Below are positions 1 through 11,727 of a DNA stretch of 64,000 bases, in pieces. The stretch is from Alphaproteobacteria bacterium (GTDB lineage: Bacteria; Pseudomonadota; Alphaproteobacteria; GCA-2746255), in assembly GCA_965249135.1 (NCBI GenBank), contig OZ252220.1, positions 416,001-480,000 of the forward strand, given 5' to 3'. Below the pieces are notes generated by a model. That model was not told the DNA's origin and did no database searches. It saw only the letters and a program-made list of their open reading frames with translations. Positions within the stretch are counted from its first letter, which is position 1; each line of letters opens with the position of its first letter. The position numbers and the translations under genes are program-made.

Positions 1-606
1 GCCGGTGCCGAGGCCCAGGTCGCCTCCCTTTCCGACGACATCGCCTATAACAGCCACGACCTCGACGATGGCCTTCGGGCAGGCCTCTTCACGCTCAAAG
101 ACGTCGAGGACGTTCCGCTCGCTGGCCCGGTGATCGCCGAGGTGCGGTCGCGGTATCCCGGAATCGAGATCCAGCGCCTGGTTCCGGAGACCATCCGCCG
201 CCTGATCGATCGCATGGTGCAGGACCTGATCGGGGAAACGAAAACCCGGTTGGCGCGCACGAAGCCGAAAACCGCCCAGGCCATCCGCGCGCTGGATGCG
301 CCCGTCGTCGCCTTTTCTGGGGCGATGGAGAAGGAAACCCAAGGCTTGAAGGCCTTCCTGATGCGGCGCATGTACCGCCATTATAAGGTGAATCGCATGG
401 CCAACAAGGCGCGCCATGTCGTGAAGGAACTGTTCGATCTGTTGCTCCGCGAGCCGGGCTGCCTGCCGACGGAATGGCAGGAAGAAGCCGACCACCTGGA
501 CCGGCCGGCAAGGGGGCAGCTTGTCCTCGACTACGTGGCCGGCATGACGGATCGTTTCGCGCTGGAGGAACACCGCCGCCTTTTCGACGTTTATGCGAAA
601 AAATAA
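1..606 (+). CDS. dgt: Deoxyguanosinetriphosphate triphosphohydrolase (5'-truncated at window edge)
   Basis: Frame 1 open from base 1: [21 protein letters not shown] and C-terminal [11 protein letters not shown] motifs; directly upstream of argS. Confidence 0.93.
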   Translation, partial: AGAEAQVASLSDDIAYNSHDLDDGLRAGLFTLKDVEDVPLAGPVIAEVRSRYPGIEIQRLVPETIRRLIDRMVQDLIGETKTRLARTKPKTAQAIRALDAPVVAFSGAMEKETQGLKAFLMRRMYRHYKVNRMANKARHVVKELFDLLLREPGCLPTEWQEEADHLDRPARGQLVLDYVAGMTDRFALEEHRRLFDVYAKK

Positions 607-2363
607 TGAATCTTTTCAAATACTTTCAGTCTGAAGTTTTGAATGTCATTGAAGAGATGACGGTCGCCGGTCGGCTTCCTTCGGGCATCGATTCGACGAA
701 GATCGTCATCGAACCGCCCCGCGAGGCGGCCCATGGCGACGTTTCGACGAATGCCGCCCTGGTGCTGGCGAAGGAAGCCGGCCAAAAGCCGCACGATCTC
801 GCCCAACGCCTTGCCCATCAACTTAAAGAGAACCCGGCTATCGTGATCGCCGAGGTGGCCGGCCCCGGCTTCATTAATCTCCGGCTCGCGGATGCCTTCT
901 GGTACGCGCGTCTCGCCGAAATTCTGCAGGAAGGGACGGCCTATGGGGATTCGGATCTTGGCCAGGCGGAACGGGTGAACGTCGAGTACGTCTCGGCGAA
1001 TCCAACGGGACCGCTGCACATTGGCCACGGGCGGGGTGCCGTCATCGGCGACGTGCTGGCGTCGCTTCTCGAGAAGGTGGGCTACCAGGTCACCCGCGAG
1101 TTTTACATCAACGATGCCGGCGCCCAGGTCGATAAGCTGGGCCAGGCGGTCTACTACCGCTACCGCGAGCAGCTCGGCATCGATATCGGGCCGGACGTCT
1201 TCGAGGGAAGCTACCCCGGTGACTACCTGAAGCCGGTCGGACAGAAACTGGCCGAAAAATATGGCCGCGAGTGGGTGGATGCGGTCCCCGAAGACTGGCT
1301 TCCCATCTTCCGGGATTTCGCGATCGAGGAGATGGTGGCGGTCATTCGGGAGGATCTGAAGGCGCTCGGCGTCGTCTTCGACGTCTTCTCCTCCGAGCGC
1401 GCTCTGGTCGCCGAGGGCGGCGTGGATTCCGCGCTCGAAGCCCTTGATGCAAAGGGCCTCGTCTACGAAGGGATCCTCGATCCCCCGAAGGGCATGGTGC
1501 CGGAAGATTGGGAGCCAAGGCCGCAAACCCTCTTTCGTTCGACGCAGTTCGGGGACGACGTCGACCGCCCGCTCAAGAAATCGGATGGCAGCTGGACCTA
1601 TTTCGCCTCCGACATCGCCTATCACCTGGACAAGTTCCGCCGCAGCGCAGACACGATGATCAATGTCTGGGGGGCGGACCATGCGGGCTACGTCAAGCGC
1701 ATGCGGGCCGCGGTGAAGGCGATCACCGACGGTCGTGGCGAGTTGGATGTGAAGATCTGCCAGCTGGTGAACCTGTTCGAAGTCGGCGTGCAGGTAAAGA
1801 TGTCGAAGCGATCCGGTACCTTTGTCAGCTTGCGCGACGTCGTCGGCGAGGTCGGCAAGGACGTCGTCCGCTTCATCATGCTGACCCGCAAGAACGACGT
1901 GGTGCTCGACTTCGACACCGAGAAGGTGATGGAGCAGACCAAGGATAACCCGGTCTTCTATGTGCAATACGCCCATGCACGGGCCCAGTCCGTGCTTCGT
2001 CATGCCAAGGCCGAGTTTCCGAAGATCAACCTTGCTCCGGCCGCACTGGCCAATGCTCCACTCGGCCGGTTGACCGAACCCGGCGAACTTGCTCTCATTC
2101 GCAAGATGGCGGATTGGCCACGTCAGGTGGAAACGGCGGCGCGGTTTCACGAACCACACCGCCTGGCCTTCTACCTTTACGATCTCGCCGGCGAATTCCA
2201 TGGGCAATGGAACCGGGGGAACGAGGAGACGGACTTGCGCTTCTTGAGGCCGGACGATGCGGACCTTTCCACAGCCCGGCTTGCCCTCGTTTCGGGATTG
2301 GCGATCGTCATCGCCTCAGGCCTGAAAACCTTTGGGGTGGAGCCGGTGGAGGAGATGCGGTGA
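606..2363 (+). CDS. argS: Arginine--tRNA ligase
   Basis: [16 protein letters not shown] (HIGH), [13 protein letters not shown]; ATG at 606 overlaps the dgt TAA. Confidence 0.97.
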   Translation: MNLFKYFQSEVLNVIEEMTVAGRLPSGIDSTKIVIEPPREAAHGDVSTNAALVLAKEAGQKPHDLAQRLAHQLKENPAIVIAEVAGPGFINLRLADAFWYARLAEILQEGTAYGDSDLGQAERVNVEYVSANPTGPLHIGHGRGAVIGDVLASLLEKVGYQVTREFYINDAGAQVDKLGQAVYYRYREQLGIDIGPDVFEGSYPGDYLKPVGQKLAEKYGREWVDAVPEDWLPIFRDFAIEEMVAVIREDLKALGVVFDVFSSERALVAEGGVDSALEALDAKGLVYEGILDPPKGMVPEDWEPRPQTLFRSTQFGDDVDRPLKKSDGSWTYFASDIAYHLDKFRRSADTMINVWGADHAGYVKRMRAAVKAITDGRGELDVKICQLVNLFEVGVQVKMSKRSGTFVSLRDVVGEVGKDVVRFIMLTRKNDVVLDFDTEKVMEQTKDNPVFYVQYAHARAQSVLRHAKAEFPKINLAPAALANAPLGRLTEPGELALIRKMADWPRQVETAARFHEPHRLAFYLYDLAGEFHGQWNRGNEETDLRFLRPDDADLSTARLALVSGLAIVIASGLKTFGVEPVEEMR

Positions 2364-3076
2364 GTTTTTTTACAAGCCGTTTCGAAGAAGAGTCGGATCA
2401 ACACCGGTCCTTTTTTCGCCGCCGCGGGTTCTATAGGTTCCTCGCAGTGCTTCTCGCATTCGGTGTTTTCGCAGGCGTCGTTCGGATCGCCTATGAGGAA
2501 GGCGTGAAATCCGGAACGCGAGCCATCCTGCCCATCGTTCGTGCGGAGAAGGAGCCGATCAAGGTGCGGCCCGAGAAACCAGGCGGCATGGCCGTGCCGT
2601 TCCAGGACAAGCTCGTCTACGGCCAACTCGCCGAGAGGGACCCGGAGCAGCCGGAGACGATCCGGCTGCTGCCGCCGCCGGAGGAGCCCGTCGCTCCTCC
2701 CGAGGCGGCCGAGGCGCCACCAAAGACCGAGCTTCTGCAACGGATGGAATCCGAAGCGACGGTCCCGCAAACGCAAACCGAGCCCGAGACGGAACCTCTA
2801 GAAGCCGCGCCAGCCCCGCCCGGCGAGAAAGGCGTTCGCATCCAGGTCGCTTCCATGCGATTCGAGACGCAGGCGAAAGTCCAATGGGCGCGGCTCCAGG
2901 AGGCCGAGCCCGATCTCTTGGGCGCGCTTAAGCTGTACGTGGAACGGGTAGATCTGGGCGAGAAGGGCGTTTTCTTTCGCGTGCAGGCGGGACCGCTAAC
3001 CGGGGTCGCGGCGGCAAAAGACCTTTGCACAAGACTTCAACAACGCAAATTAGGCTGTCTGGTTGTCCGGCCCTGA
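2360..3076 (+). CDS. SPOR-domain cell division protein (FtsN-like)
   Basis: N-terminal TM helix, [11 protein letters not shown] motif, Pro/Glu linker, C-terminal SPOR (RIQVAS...FFRVQAGP...C...C); GTG overlaps argS stop. Confidence 0.85.
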   Translation: MSFFTSRFEEESDQHRSFFRRRGFYRFLAVLLAFGVFAGVVRIAYEEGVKSGTRAILPIVRAEKEPIKVRPEKPGGMAVPFQDKLVYGQLAERDPEQPETIRLLPPPEEPVAPPEAAEAPPKTELLQRMESEATVPQTQTEPETEPLEAAPAPPGEKGVRIQVASMRFETQAKVQWARLQEAEPDLLGALKLYVERVDLGEKGVFFRVQAGPLTGVAAAKDLCTRLQQRKLGCLVVRP

Positions 3077-4100
3077 CGAAAAATCGGCAAGGGCGCTCAT
3101 CCTGGGCTGCGGGGGAACCGCCTTAAGCGACGAGGAAGGCCGCTTCTTCCAGGATGCGAACCCCTTGGGCTTCATCCTCTTCGAACGCAATTGCTCGGAT
3201 CCTGCCCAGGTCCGCTCCCTCGTTTCGGCGTTGCGGGCGGTCGTCGGTCGCGGGGACGCCCCCGTCCTGATCGATCAGGAGGGGGGGCGCGTCCGCCGCC
3301 TCAATCCGCCCCATTGGCGGGACGCACCGCCCGCCCGCCGGTTCGGCGAGCTTGCCGAGCGCAAACCGGAGGCGGCGCTGGAGGCGGCATGGCTGAATGC
3401 CAGGCTCCTGGCGGGCGAGCTTCGCGCGCTCGGGATCACCGTCGATTGTGCACCGGTGCTCGACTTAGCCGTTGCCGGCGCCAACCCCATCATCGGCGAT
3501 CGCGCCTTCGGGAGCGACGCGGATCGCGTTTCCAGCTTAGGCAGGGTCATGTGCGAAGGCCTTCTCGCCGGGGGTGTCTTGCCAGTCTTGAAGCACCTGC
3601 CGGGACACGGCCGCGCCCGCCAAGATAGCCACTTGGCCCTGCCCGTCGTTGAGACCGCCGCGGCCGAGCTCGATGTAACCGATTTTCGTCCCTTTCGCTC
3701 CCTTGCCGACATGCCGCTCGCGATGACGGCCCATATCGTCTATACGGCCTTCGATTCCGAGAAGCCCGCCACGCTTTCGAAAACGGTCGTCGCGGAGGTC
3801 ATTCGCAAGCGAATCGGTTTCGACGGGTTTTTGATGACGGACGATATCTCGATGAACGCCCTTGAGGGCGAGCTTGCGCTTCGCGCCGAAACCGCCCTTG
3901 CCGCCGGCTGCGATGCCGTCCTTCACTGCAATGGGAAGCTTGAGGAAATGGCGGCCTTGGCCCAGGCCGTAGGTCCGCTCAAACGCGTCGCTCTCGACCG
4001 GTTTCGGCGAGCGACGGCCTTGAGGGGTGAGGCGAAGGCAAGCGAGGACATGGACGCGCTTAGGGTCCAGCTCGCGGAATTGATGGGGGAGGCGCCTTAA
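3063..4100 (+). CDS. nagZ: Beta-N-acetylhexosaminidase (GH3)
   Basis: IDQEGGRV, KHLPGHGRARQDSH, TDDISM motifs. Confidence 0.95.
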   Translation: MSGPDEKSARALILGCGGTALSDEEGRFFQDANPLGFILFERNCSDPAQVRSLVSALRAVVGRGDAPVLIDQEGGRVRRLNPPHWRDAPPARRFGELAERKPEAALEAAWLNARLLAGELRALGITVDCAPVLDLAVAGANPIIGDRAFGSDADRVSSLGRVMCEGLLAGGVLPVLKHLPGHGRARQDSHLALPVVETAAAELDVTDFRPFRSLADMPLAMTAHIVYTAFDSEKPATLSKTVVAEVIRKRIGFDGFLMTDDISMNALEGELALRAETALAAGCDAVLHCNGKLEEMAALAQAVGPLKRVALDRFRRATALRGEAKASEDMDALRVQLAELMGEAP

Positions 4101-4787
4101 GTGGACACCTCCGGCATCCTGTATACGGCTTCCGTCTGGGTCCTGCCGATCCTGCTCGCGATCACGCTGCACGAGGCGGCCCACGGTTTCGTGGCGCTTC
4201 GTTTCGGCGATGATACGGCCCTGCGGGCCGGCCGGGTCACCCTGAACCCGCTCCGTCATGTGGATGCCTTCGGCACCGTCCTGCTTCCAGCCCTTCTGCT
4301 GCTCATCCAGTCGCCGATCCTGTTCGGCTATGCCAAGCCGGTCCCGGTCGATTTTTCCCGGCTGGGTTTTCCGAAACGGGACATGATCTGGGTTGCGGCG
4401 GCCGGGCCGGGCATGAATCTCACCCTCGCCTTGCTCTCGGCGCTCGGCCTTCATCTGGTCGGTTTCTTTCCGGAAGGGGGCCAGGGCTGGATCGTCGATA
4501 CCCTTCAGAGATCTATTTTTATCAATGTGCTTCTCGCCGTCTTTAACATGCTGCCTCTACCGCCCTTGGACGGGGGCCGGGTCGCCGTCGGCCTCCTGCC
4601 CTATGAGTTGGCGGCGCGCCTCGCCAAGCTCGAGCGGTTGGGCATTCCAATTCTTTTGGGCCTGCTTTTCATTTTGCCGATGATTGGAAAACAAATCGGC
4701 GTTAATCTGAATTTGATCGCCTGGCTGGTGCTGGTTCCGGTCAAAGCGGTGGAAAGCATGATTTACACCCTCGCGGGGCTGAATTAA
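4101..4787 (+). CDS. Site-2 protease (M50) family
   Basis: HEAAH zinc motif, FNMLPLPPLDG. Confidence 0.92.
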   Translation: MDTSGILYTASVWVLPILLAITLHEAAHGFVALRFGDDTALRAGRVTLNPLRHVDAFGTVLLPALLLLIQSPILFGYAKPVPVDFSRLGFPKRDMIWVAAAGPGMNLTLALLSALGLHLVGFFPEGGQGWIVDTLQRSIFINVLLAVFNMLPLPPLDGGRVAVGLLPYELAARLAKLERLGIPILLGLLFILPMIGKQIGVNLNLIAWLVLVPVKAVESMIYTLAGLN

Positions 4788-4794
4788 GGAGCGG

Positions 4795-5577
4795 TTGTTG
4801 GAAGCGGAAGACACCTTCGAATCTCCGCCGATTGCCGACGCAGAAGGCCAGTTTGTCCTCAACCTGACGGGCTTTGAAGGCCCCATCGATGTCCTGCTCA
4901 GGTTGGCGCGGGAGCAGAAGCTCGACCTTGCCCAGATTTCGATCCTGGAACTGGCGGATCAGTACCTCGACTTCATTGTGCATGCGCGCAAGCAGCACCT
5001 GGAGATCGCCGCCGACTATTTGGTCATGGCGGCATGGCTCGCCTATCTGAAGTCGAAACTGCTGCTGCCGGAACCGGAGGACGACGAGGAAGGCCCGACC
5101 GCCGCCGAGATGGCCGAAGCGCTTGCCTTTCAGTTGCGCCGCCTCGAAGCGATGCAGGATTCAAGCCGCCGGCTCTTTGCGCTGCCGCAGCTGGGCCGGG
5201 ACGTCTTCAACCGGGGAAGGCCGGAGGGCATCACGATCATCGACAAGTCCGTCTATGTGTTATCGCTCTACGATCTGCTTCACTCCTATAGCGAAATTCA
5301 TGGGCGGGCCGAGGTCGGCACGCTTCATATCGAGCCGACGAATCTCTTCACGATGGAAAAGAGCCTGCGGCGGCTTTCCGCCATGCTCGGCGGCACGCCG
5401 GGTTGGCAAACGCTGATGAGCTACCTTCCGGACGTGCCCGAGGATAGCCGTCGGCGGCGCTCGGCGGTCGCCTCGACCTTCGCGGCAAGCCTTGAGCTGG
5501 TCCGGATCGGCAAGGCCGAGCTTCGCCAGGATCAAAACTTTGGGCCCCTCTACATTCGAACAAAGGACGCGGAATGA
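4795..5577 (+). CDS. scpA: Segregation and condensation protein A
   Basis: FEGPIDVLL, ADYLVMAAWLAYLKS, FAASLEL. Confidence 0.94.
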   Translation: MLEAEDTFESPPIADAEGQFVLNLTGFEGPIDVLLRLAREQKLDLAQISILELADQYLDFIVHARKQHLEIAADYLVMAAWLAYLKSKLLLPEPEDDEEGPTAAEMAEALAFQLRRLEAMQDSSRRLFALPQLGRDVFNRGRPEGITIIDKSVYVLSLYDLLHSYSEIHGRAEVGTLHIEPTNLFTMEKSLRRLSAMLGGTPGWQTLMSYLPDVPEDSRRRRSAVASTFAASLELVRIGKAELRQDQNFGPLYIRTKDAE

Positions 5578-6266
5578 CCAACGGCCTCAATCAAAACCTG
5601 CGCATTCTCGAAGCGGCCCTGTTCGCCGCCGTCGAGCCGCTCGACGAAAAGACGCTGGCTGCGCAATTACCGGACGACGTGGATCTGTCGGCGCCGCTTG
5701 AGACCTTGCGCAGGGCATACGCGAACCGGGGCGTGACCCTGGTCAAGGTGGCCGGCAAATGGATCTTCCGCACGGCGCCGGATCTGGCGTCGCTGCTGCG
5801 CGTCGAGAAGGAAAGGAAACGCCGCCTTTCCCGCGCGGCGCGCGAGACCTTGGCCATCATCGCCTACCACGCACCGGTCACCCGCGGTGAGATCGAAGAG
5901 ATCAGGGGCGTCGCGTTAAGCCGGGGCAGCCTCGACCAGCTGCTCGAAGCGGAATGGATTCGCCCGATGGGCCGCCGCCGCACCCCGGGCCGGCCGATGA
6001 CCTGGGGGGTGACGGACGCATTCCTAGGCCATTTCGGCCTGGCCAGCCGGGACGACCTTCCCGGGATCGAAGAATTGAAGGCCGCCGGCTTGCTCGATCG
6101 GCGTCCCGCGATTTCGATCTATGCCGGCCAGGCGAACGATGAGGAAAGCCTGCTTCCTCCGGACGAGGAGGACGCGGCCGAGGAGGAAGAGGCGTTGGAA
6201 GGAGAGGGCGAGGAAGGCGCTATCATCCGCCCCTTCGAGGCGGAGGAGGAGCCTTCCGCCACCTGA
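5574..6266 (+). CDS. scpB: Segregation and condensation protein B
   Basis: LSRAARETLAIIAYHAPVTRGEIEEIRGV; follows scpA. Confidence 0.95.
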   Translation: MTNGLNQNLRILEAALFAAVEPLDEKTLAAQLPDDVDLSAPLETLRRAYANRGVTLVKVAGKWIFRTAPDLASLLRVEKERKRRLSRAARETLAIIAYHAPVTRGEIEEIRGVALSRGSLDQLLEAEWIRPMGRRRTPGRPMTWGVTDAFLGHFGLASRDDLPGIEELKAAGLLDRRPAISIYAGQANDEESLLPPDEEDAAEEEEALEGEGEEGAIIRPFEAEEEPSAT

Positions 6267-6366
6267 GGTCTCGAGGCCGAAGCGTTGCGGGAGCAGGGCG
6301 TTTCTGACATGATCCCGCCAGAACCAATGCCTTGGCCTCTATTCCCATGAACCTGGAGCTTTTTAG

Positions 6367-6612
6367 ATGAGCATCGGTGTTTGGCAGGTCGTCCTTGTTC
6401 TGGTCATCGTCTTGATCATCTTCGGGGCCGGGAAGCTGCCGAAAGTGATGGGCGACCTTGCGAAGGGGGTGAAGACCTTCCGTTCCGGCCTCAAGGAAGA
6501 GGATGAAGCCAAGCCCGGCGATTCCGGGTCGGCCCTGGAACAGGACAAATCCTCGACCATCAGTCCATCGGCTGAGGCCGATAGCGACAAGGACTCGACG
6601 ACGAAGTCCTGA
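6367..6612 (+). CDS. tatA: Tat translocase subunit TatA
   Basis: TM helix then FGAGKLPKVMGDLAKGVKTFR. Confidence 0.94.
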   Translation: MSIGVWQVVLVLVIVLIIFGAGKLPKVMGDLAKGVKTFRSGLKEEDEAKPGDSGSALEQDKSSTISPSAEADSDKDSTTKS

Positions 6613-6659
6613 CCGGCAACTTGCCGGTGGCGTGAACCGTACAAACCGGAATTGAGTGG

Positions 6660-6950
6660 ATGTTGGATATAGGTTGGCCGGAACTGGTCCTGATCGCCGT
6701 TCTGACGGTCGTCGTCATCGGGCCGAAGGAATTGCCGGTCGTGCTTCGCGCACTCGGGCGATGGGTGGGCAAGGCCCGCGCACTTGCCAGGGAATTCCGA
6801 GGCAGCATCGAGGAAATCGCCAGGGAATCCGAGTTGAGCGAGCTCAAGCGGATGGCTTCCGGCGAGGAACTCAAGAAAAGCATCGAGGCGCACCGCACGC
6901 CGGATGAGGCCAACTCCAGCAAGGGCTCCCCTGACGATGAGCGCGCCTGA
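6660..6950 (+). CDS. tatB: Tat translocase subunit TatB
   Basis: MLDIGWPEL...VIGPKELP. Confidence 0.93.
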   Translation: MLDIGWPELVLIAVLTVVVIGPKELPVVLRALGRWVGKARALAREFRGSIEEIARESELSELKRMASGEELKKSIEAHRTPDEANSSKGSPDDERA

Positions 6951-6952
6951 CG

Positions 6953-7732
6953 ATGAGCGTGGATGAAAAGAAAATGTCGTTGCTCGATCATTTGATCGAG
7001 CTTCGCAACCGGCTTCTGTGGTCGGTGGCGGTCCTCTTCATCGTCTTCATCGGCTGCTACGTCGTCGCCGAGGACATTTTTGCCTTCCTAGTTGCGCCGC
7101 TCGCCGAAATCTATGGTGAGCAGACCGGGCGGCGGCTGATCTATACGGGGCTGACGGAGGTCTTCTTCACCTATGTGAAGGTCGCCTTCTTCACCGCCCT
7201 TGGCCTTTCCTTTCCGGTGATTGCCGTACAGATCTGGGCCTTCGTAGCACCTGGCCTCTATCGCCGTGAAAAGAAGGTCTTCCTTCCCTTCCTGCTTGCC
7301 ACGCCGGTGCTTTTCGCGGCCGGGGCGGCGCTCGTCTATTACGCCGTCATCCCGCTCGCCTGGGAGTTTTTTTTAGGCTTCGAGACGCAAGGCACGCTCG
7401 GCGGGCTGCCGATCCAGTTGGAAGCGAAGGTGAACGAATACCTCTCCCTGGTCATGAAACTGATGTTCGCCTTCGGGCTTTGCTTTCAGCTGCCGGTTCT
7501 GCTGACGCTGCTCGCCCGGATCGGGGCGGTGGACTCGGCCACGCTTCGCGCCAAGCGGAAATATGCGCTGATCGGCATTTTCATCGCCGCCGCCGTGCTC
7601 ACGCCGCCCGACCTGATCAGTCAGGTGAGCCTGGCGTTGCCGGTGCTCCTTCTTTACGAGATTTCGATCCTCTCCGTCTGTCTGGCCGAAAAGCGCCAAC
7701 GCGAAGCCGCCCCCGAAGCTTCCGCCGATTGA
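6953..7732 (+). CDS. tatC: Tat translocase subunit TatC
   Basis: HLIELRNRL, FVAPGLY, AAVLTPPD. Confidence 0.96.
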   Translation: MSVDEKKMSLLDHLIELRNRLLWSVAVLFIVFIGCYVVAEDIFAFLVAPLAEIYGEQTGRRLIYTGLTEVFFTYVKVAFFTALGLSFPVIAVQIWAFVAPGLYRREKKVFLPFLLATPVLFAAGAALVYYAVIPLAWEFFLGFETQGTLGGLPIQLEAKVNEYLSLVMKLMFAFGLCFQLPVLLTLLARIGAVDSATLRAKRKYALIGIFIAAAVLTPPDLISQVSLALPVLLLYEISILSVCLAEKRQREAAPEASAD

Positions 7733-7812
7733 CCCTGGTTGTGGCCCTGGTTGTGGACGGGCGGCCGGTTCTCCCCCTATAGTTTGGCGCTGCACGAGCC
7801 TGAGGTGCCAAC

Positions 7813-9090
7813 ATGTTCGACCTAGCCTGGATCCGGGAGCATCCCGACGCCTTCGACCGGGGCTTAGCCCGGCGCGGACTCAAGCCGCAGGCAAACGCCG
7901 TGCTCGATCTCGATCGGAAGCATCGCGCCGCCCAGACCGCCCTCCAGGAACGCCAGGAAAGGCGCAACGCCGTCTCCAAGCAAATCGGCGTTGGCAAACG
8001 GCAAGGGGCGGATACCGGCCAGTTGGAAGACGAGGTGGCGGCGATCAAGGCCGACATGCATAGGCTGGAGACGGACGCGCGCGCGCTTGGGATTGCGCTC
8101 CAGGAGCGGCTGGCAGGGTTGCCCAACCTGCCGGCCGACGACGTGCCGGACGGGCTGGATGCGGCGGCCAACAAGGAACTGAGAGTCGAAGGGAAGAAAC
8201 CGGACTTTTCCTTTGAACCAAAAGAACATTTTGAGCTTGGCGAAGGCCTCGGCCAGATGGATTTCCAGGCCGCGGCCAGGCTTTCCAGCGCCCGCTTCGT
8301 CGTCCTCAAGGGCACCCTTGCCCGGGTTGAGCGCGCGTTGGCCGGTTTCATGCTCGACCTCCACACCAAGGAGTTCGGCTATCAGGAGGTGGCGCCGCCC
8401 TGCCTGGTGCGCGCCGAAGCCCTTTTCGGCACCGGCCAATTGCCGAAATTCGGGGACGATCTGTTCCCCACGGCGAACGATTATTGGCTGATTCCCACAG
8501 GCGAGGTGCCGCTTACCAATTTGGTGGCCGAAGAAATCCTGGGCGAGGACCGGCTTCCATTGCGTTTCGTCGCGCTCACCCCTTGTTTCCGTTCGGAGGC
8601 CGGCGCCGCCGGCAAGGACACCCACGGCATGATCCGCCAGCACCAGTTCAACAAGGTCGAACTGGTCAGCATCAGCCATCCGGACCGCTCGGACGAAGAG
8701 CATGAACGCATGACGCGCGCGGCGGAAGAGGTGCTGAAGCGCCTCGAGCTGCCCTACCGCGTCGTCCTGCTTTCGGCCGGCGACATGGGCTTTGCTGCGC
8801 GCAAGACCTACGATCTCGAGGTTTGGCTGCCCGGCCAGGGGCGCTATCGGGAGATCTCGAGCTGCTCGAATTGCGGGGATTTCCAAGCCCGGCGCATGAA
8901 GGCCCGGTTCCGCCCGAAAGGCGGCAAACACACCCGCTTCCTCCACACGCTGAACGGCTCCGGCCTGGCCGTCGGGCGGACGCTCATCGCCGTCCTTGAG
9001 AATGGCCAGCGCGCCGATGGCACCATTCATATTCCCCGCGTCCTTCGCCCCTATCTCGACGGGATGGAAGCAATCGCCGCAGATGGTTGA
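7813..9090 (+). CDS. serS: Serine--tRNA ligase
   Basis: [38 protein letters not shown]. Confidence 0.97.
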   Translation: MFDLAWIREHPDAFDRGLARRGLKPQANAVLDLDRKHRAAQTALQERQERRNAVSKQIGVGKRQGADTGQLEDEVAAIKADMHRLETDARALGIALQERLAGLPNLPADDVPDGLDAAANKELRVEGKKPDFSFEPKEHFELGEGLGQMDFQAAARLSSARFVVLKGTLARVERALAGFMLDLHTKEFGYQEVAPPCLVRAEALFGTGQLPKFGDDLFPTANDYWLIPTGEVPLTNLVAEEILGEDRLPLRFVALTPCFRSEAGAAGKDTHGMIRQHQFNKVELVSISHPDRSDEEHERMTRAAEEVLKRLELPYRVVLLSAGDMGFAARKTYDLEVWLPGQGRYREISSCSNCGDFQARRMKARFRPKGGKHTRFLHTLNGSGLAVGRTLIAVLENGQRADGTIHIPRVLRPYLDGMEAIAADG

Positions 9091-9758
9091 GCCGATGGCT
9101 GAACGGAACAGGTGCGCCTTTGGACATTGATCCACGCCAGGTCCGTCTGGTCATGGCGCTTCGCCAGGCCGGTATCCAGGATACGAACGTGCTGGCGGCG
9201 ATCGAACAGACGCCGCGCGAGCTCTTCGTGCCGACGTCTTTCCAGGAAGAGGCTTACGAGAACACGGCGCTTCCCATCGAATGTGGCCAGACGATCAGCC
9301 AGCCTTTGGTCGTCGCCACGATGACGGAGGCCCTGGAAGCCGGCCACCGGCTCCGGGTACTCGAGATCGGCACCGGGTCGGGCTACCAGACGGCGGTGCT
9401 GACGCGGCTTTTTCGCCGCGTCTACACCGTCGAGCGCTATGCGGACCTTCTTGAGGCGGCCCAGCGCCGCTTCGATGTGCTCGGCCTTCACACCATCACG
9501 ACTCGGCTCGGCGATGGTGCGAAAGGCTGGCCGGAACAGGCGCCCTTCGATCGCATTCTGGTGACGGCAGGTGCCGAGGAAATTCCACCGGCGCTCCTTG
9601 AACAACTGGCGGACGGCGGGATACTGGTGATCCCGATCGGTACCGCCGGCGAGCGTCAATATCTGGAACGTGTTCGCAAAAACGCAGGCGACATCGAACG
9701 GGAAGATCTCGGTCTTGTCCGGTTCGTTCCTCTCGTCGCCGAACCGCCGGTCTGCTAA
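9087..9758 (+). CDS. pcm: Protein-L-isoaspartate O-methyltransferase
   Basis: [22 protein letters not shown]; exact start uncertain. Confidence 0.93.
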   Translation: MSRWLNGTGAPLDIDPRQVRLVMALRQAGIQDTNVLAAIEQTPRELFVPTSFQEEAYENTALPIECGQTISQPLVVATMTEALEAGHRLRVLEIGTGSGYQTAVLTRLFRRVYTVERYADLLEAAQRRFDVLGLHTITTRLGDGAKGWPEQAPFDRILVTAGAEEIPPALLEQLADGGILVIPIGTAGERQYLERVRKNAGDIEREDLGLVRFVPLVAEPPVC

Positions 9759-9830
9759 ACAAAAACGCTCGAGCTTCGGTTGAAGGCCTAAGCGCGTCCA
9801 CTTAAGATCGGGCCAAACGAAAGGGCTCGA

Positions 9831-10775
9831 ATGCACGGCAACGACATGCAGAACGGCTGGTTGCTTGGCGCCGTGTTCGCGATCGCTCTGGCGGTTGCCG
9901 GTTGCTCTGAGCCCTGGATTACCGGGAAACCGGTCGCCATCCCGGCCTCATTTCTCACCGAAAAAGGCACCGTCGTCGTCCGCAAGGGCGACACCGTCCA
10001 CGGGATCACGCGGCGTCATGGGGCGGACATCCGTTCGCTGATCGATGCGAACGGTCTCAACCCGCCGTATCTGCTTCGGATCGGCCAACGGCTCAAACTG
10101 CCGGGGCGGCGCAGCTACCGCGTGGAAAAAGGCGATACGGTCTATGGCATCTCGCGCCGGTTCGGCGTCGACATGCGGGATCTGGTGCGGCGGAATGGGA
10201 TTCGTCCACCCTATACGATCACCGTCGGCCAGAAACTGCACCTGCCGGGTAAGGCCGGCCGCGCAAGCGCGGTGGCGAGCGCAAAGGCGCCGCGCCGCGC
10301 AGGGGTTTCTCCGAAGCTGGCGAAGCTGCCGCCACGGGGCAAGCGGAATTTCCTGAAACCGGTCGAGGGAAAGGTCCTGTCTGCCTTCGGGCCGAAGGCG
10401 GACGGCTTGCACAATGATGGCATCAACATCGCCGCCGCCAGGGGAACGCCGGTTCGGGCGGCGGAGAACGGGGTCGTCGTCTATGTCGGGACCGAACTTC
10501 ACGGCTTCGGGAATCTGTTGCTCATCAAGCATGCGGATGGCTGGATATCGGCCTATGGCCATACGGACAAGCCACTCGTCAAGCGTGGCGATATCGTAAA
10601 ACGCGGCGAGCCGGTGGCGAAGGTTGGAAAATCGGGCAACGTGAAGGCGCCGCAACTGCATTTCGAATTGCGGCACGGCACCCGGGCGGTCGACCCGACG
10701 CGCTACCTTACCAGCCATCTCTTAAAAAAACGGATGCCGGCTTTAGCGGAGCGGCTTGCCGAGGCGTCCCGCTAG
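9831..10775 (+). CDS. nlpD: LysM/M23 peptidase lipoprotein (NlpD-like)
   Basis: Lipobox VAGC, two LysM domains, degenerate M23 (NDGINI, HFELR); follows pcm. Confidence 0.85.
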   Translation: MHGNDMQNGWLLGAVFAIALAVAGCSEPWITGKPVAIPASFLTEKGTVVVRKGDTVHGITRRHGADIRSLIDANGLNPPYLLRIGQRLKLPGRRSYRVEKGDTVYGISRRFGVDMRDLVRRNGIRPPYTITVGQKLHLPGKAGRASAVASAKAPRRAGVSPKLAKLPPRGKRNFLKPVEGKVLSAFGPKADGLHNDGINIAAARGTPVRAAENGVVVYVGTELHGFGNLLLIKHADGWISAYGHTDKPLVKRGDIVKRGEPVAKVGKSGNVKAPQLHFELRHGTRAVDPTRYLTSHLLKKRMPALAERLAEASR

Positions 10776-11603
10776 ATCCTGAATGAACTGCCAGGCGACC
10801 CGGCCCGAACGCGCGCCGCGCGTCATGGACCATTCCAGCGCTTGCGTGCGAAGGGCCTCCTTCGACACGTCGAGACCGTTAAAATCCGCATAGGCCTCGA
10901 CGATTTCGAAATAGGTTGGCTGATCGCAGTTGTGAAAGCCGATCCACAGGCCGAAGCGATCGGAAAGGGAGACCTTCTCGTCGACGGATTCGCCGCCGTG
11001 AATTTCGATGGCGCGTTCGTTCTCGATCATTTCCCTCGGCATCAGATGGCGGCGGTTCGAGGTCGCGTAGAAGACGACGTTCTCCGGTCGGCCTTCGAGC
11101 CCGCCCTCCAGGACCGCCTTTAGGGATTTGTAAGCCGCATCGCGACCGTCGAAGGAAAGGTCGTCGCAGAAAAGAACGAACCGCCGCTTGCTTTGCCGGA
11201 GCAGTTTCAAAAGACGCGGCAGCGACACAACTTCCTCGCGGTGGATCTCGACAAGCGTCAGCGCGTTCCCTTCTTCCGCGTTGATCGTGGCGTGCACCGC
11301 CTTTACCAACGAACTTTTCCCCGTTCCCCTGGCGCCCCAAAGAAGCGCGTTGTTCGCCGGGTAACCCTTCGCAAAGCGACGCGTGTTTGTCAGCAATGCC
11401 TGCTTCTGGTTTTCGATCCCGCGAAGGAGATCGATTTCCACGCGGTTGACGAGAGGCACCATCTCCATGTCGCCGCTCTCCGAATGCCAGACGAAGGCAT
11501 CCGCGCTGTTGAGAGGGGCGGGCGCGTCCTTGATCGGCGCCATCCGCTCCAGCGTCTCCGAAATCTTCCGAAGAAGGGATTCGAGGTGGTTCTCCATGCG
11601 CAT
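10743..11603 (-). CDS. AAA+ ATPase, DUF815 family
   Basis: LLWGARGTGKSS, FCDDLSF, YATSNRRHL, SGRVAWQF. Confidence 0.9.
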   Translation of the reverse strand: MRMENHLESLLRKISETLERMAPIKDAPAPLNSADAFVWHSESGDMEMVPLVNRVEIDLLRGIENQKQALLTNTRRFAKGYPANNALLWGARGTGKSSLVKAVHATINAEEGNALTLVEIHREEVVSLPRLLKLLRQSKRRFVLFCDDLSFDGRDAAYKSLKAVLEGGLEGRPENVVFYATSNRRHLMPREMIENERAIEIHGGESVDEKVSLSDRFGLWIGFHNCDQPTYFEIVEAYADFNGLDVSKEALRTQALEWSMTRGARSGRVAWQFIQDLAGRLGKPLR

Positions 11604-11727
11604 CCTTTAGCTCAGAGCGCCCGGCAAGGCCCAAGCCGGCACGATCATAGACGATCTGGCTTGTGCTTTCCAAGGCAGGGGCGGCTAGGTATGATCCGCG
11701 CAAATCGAAGATCTTAAGGGGAGCCCC

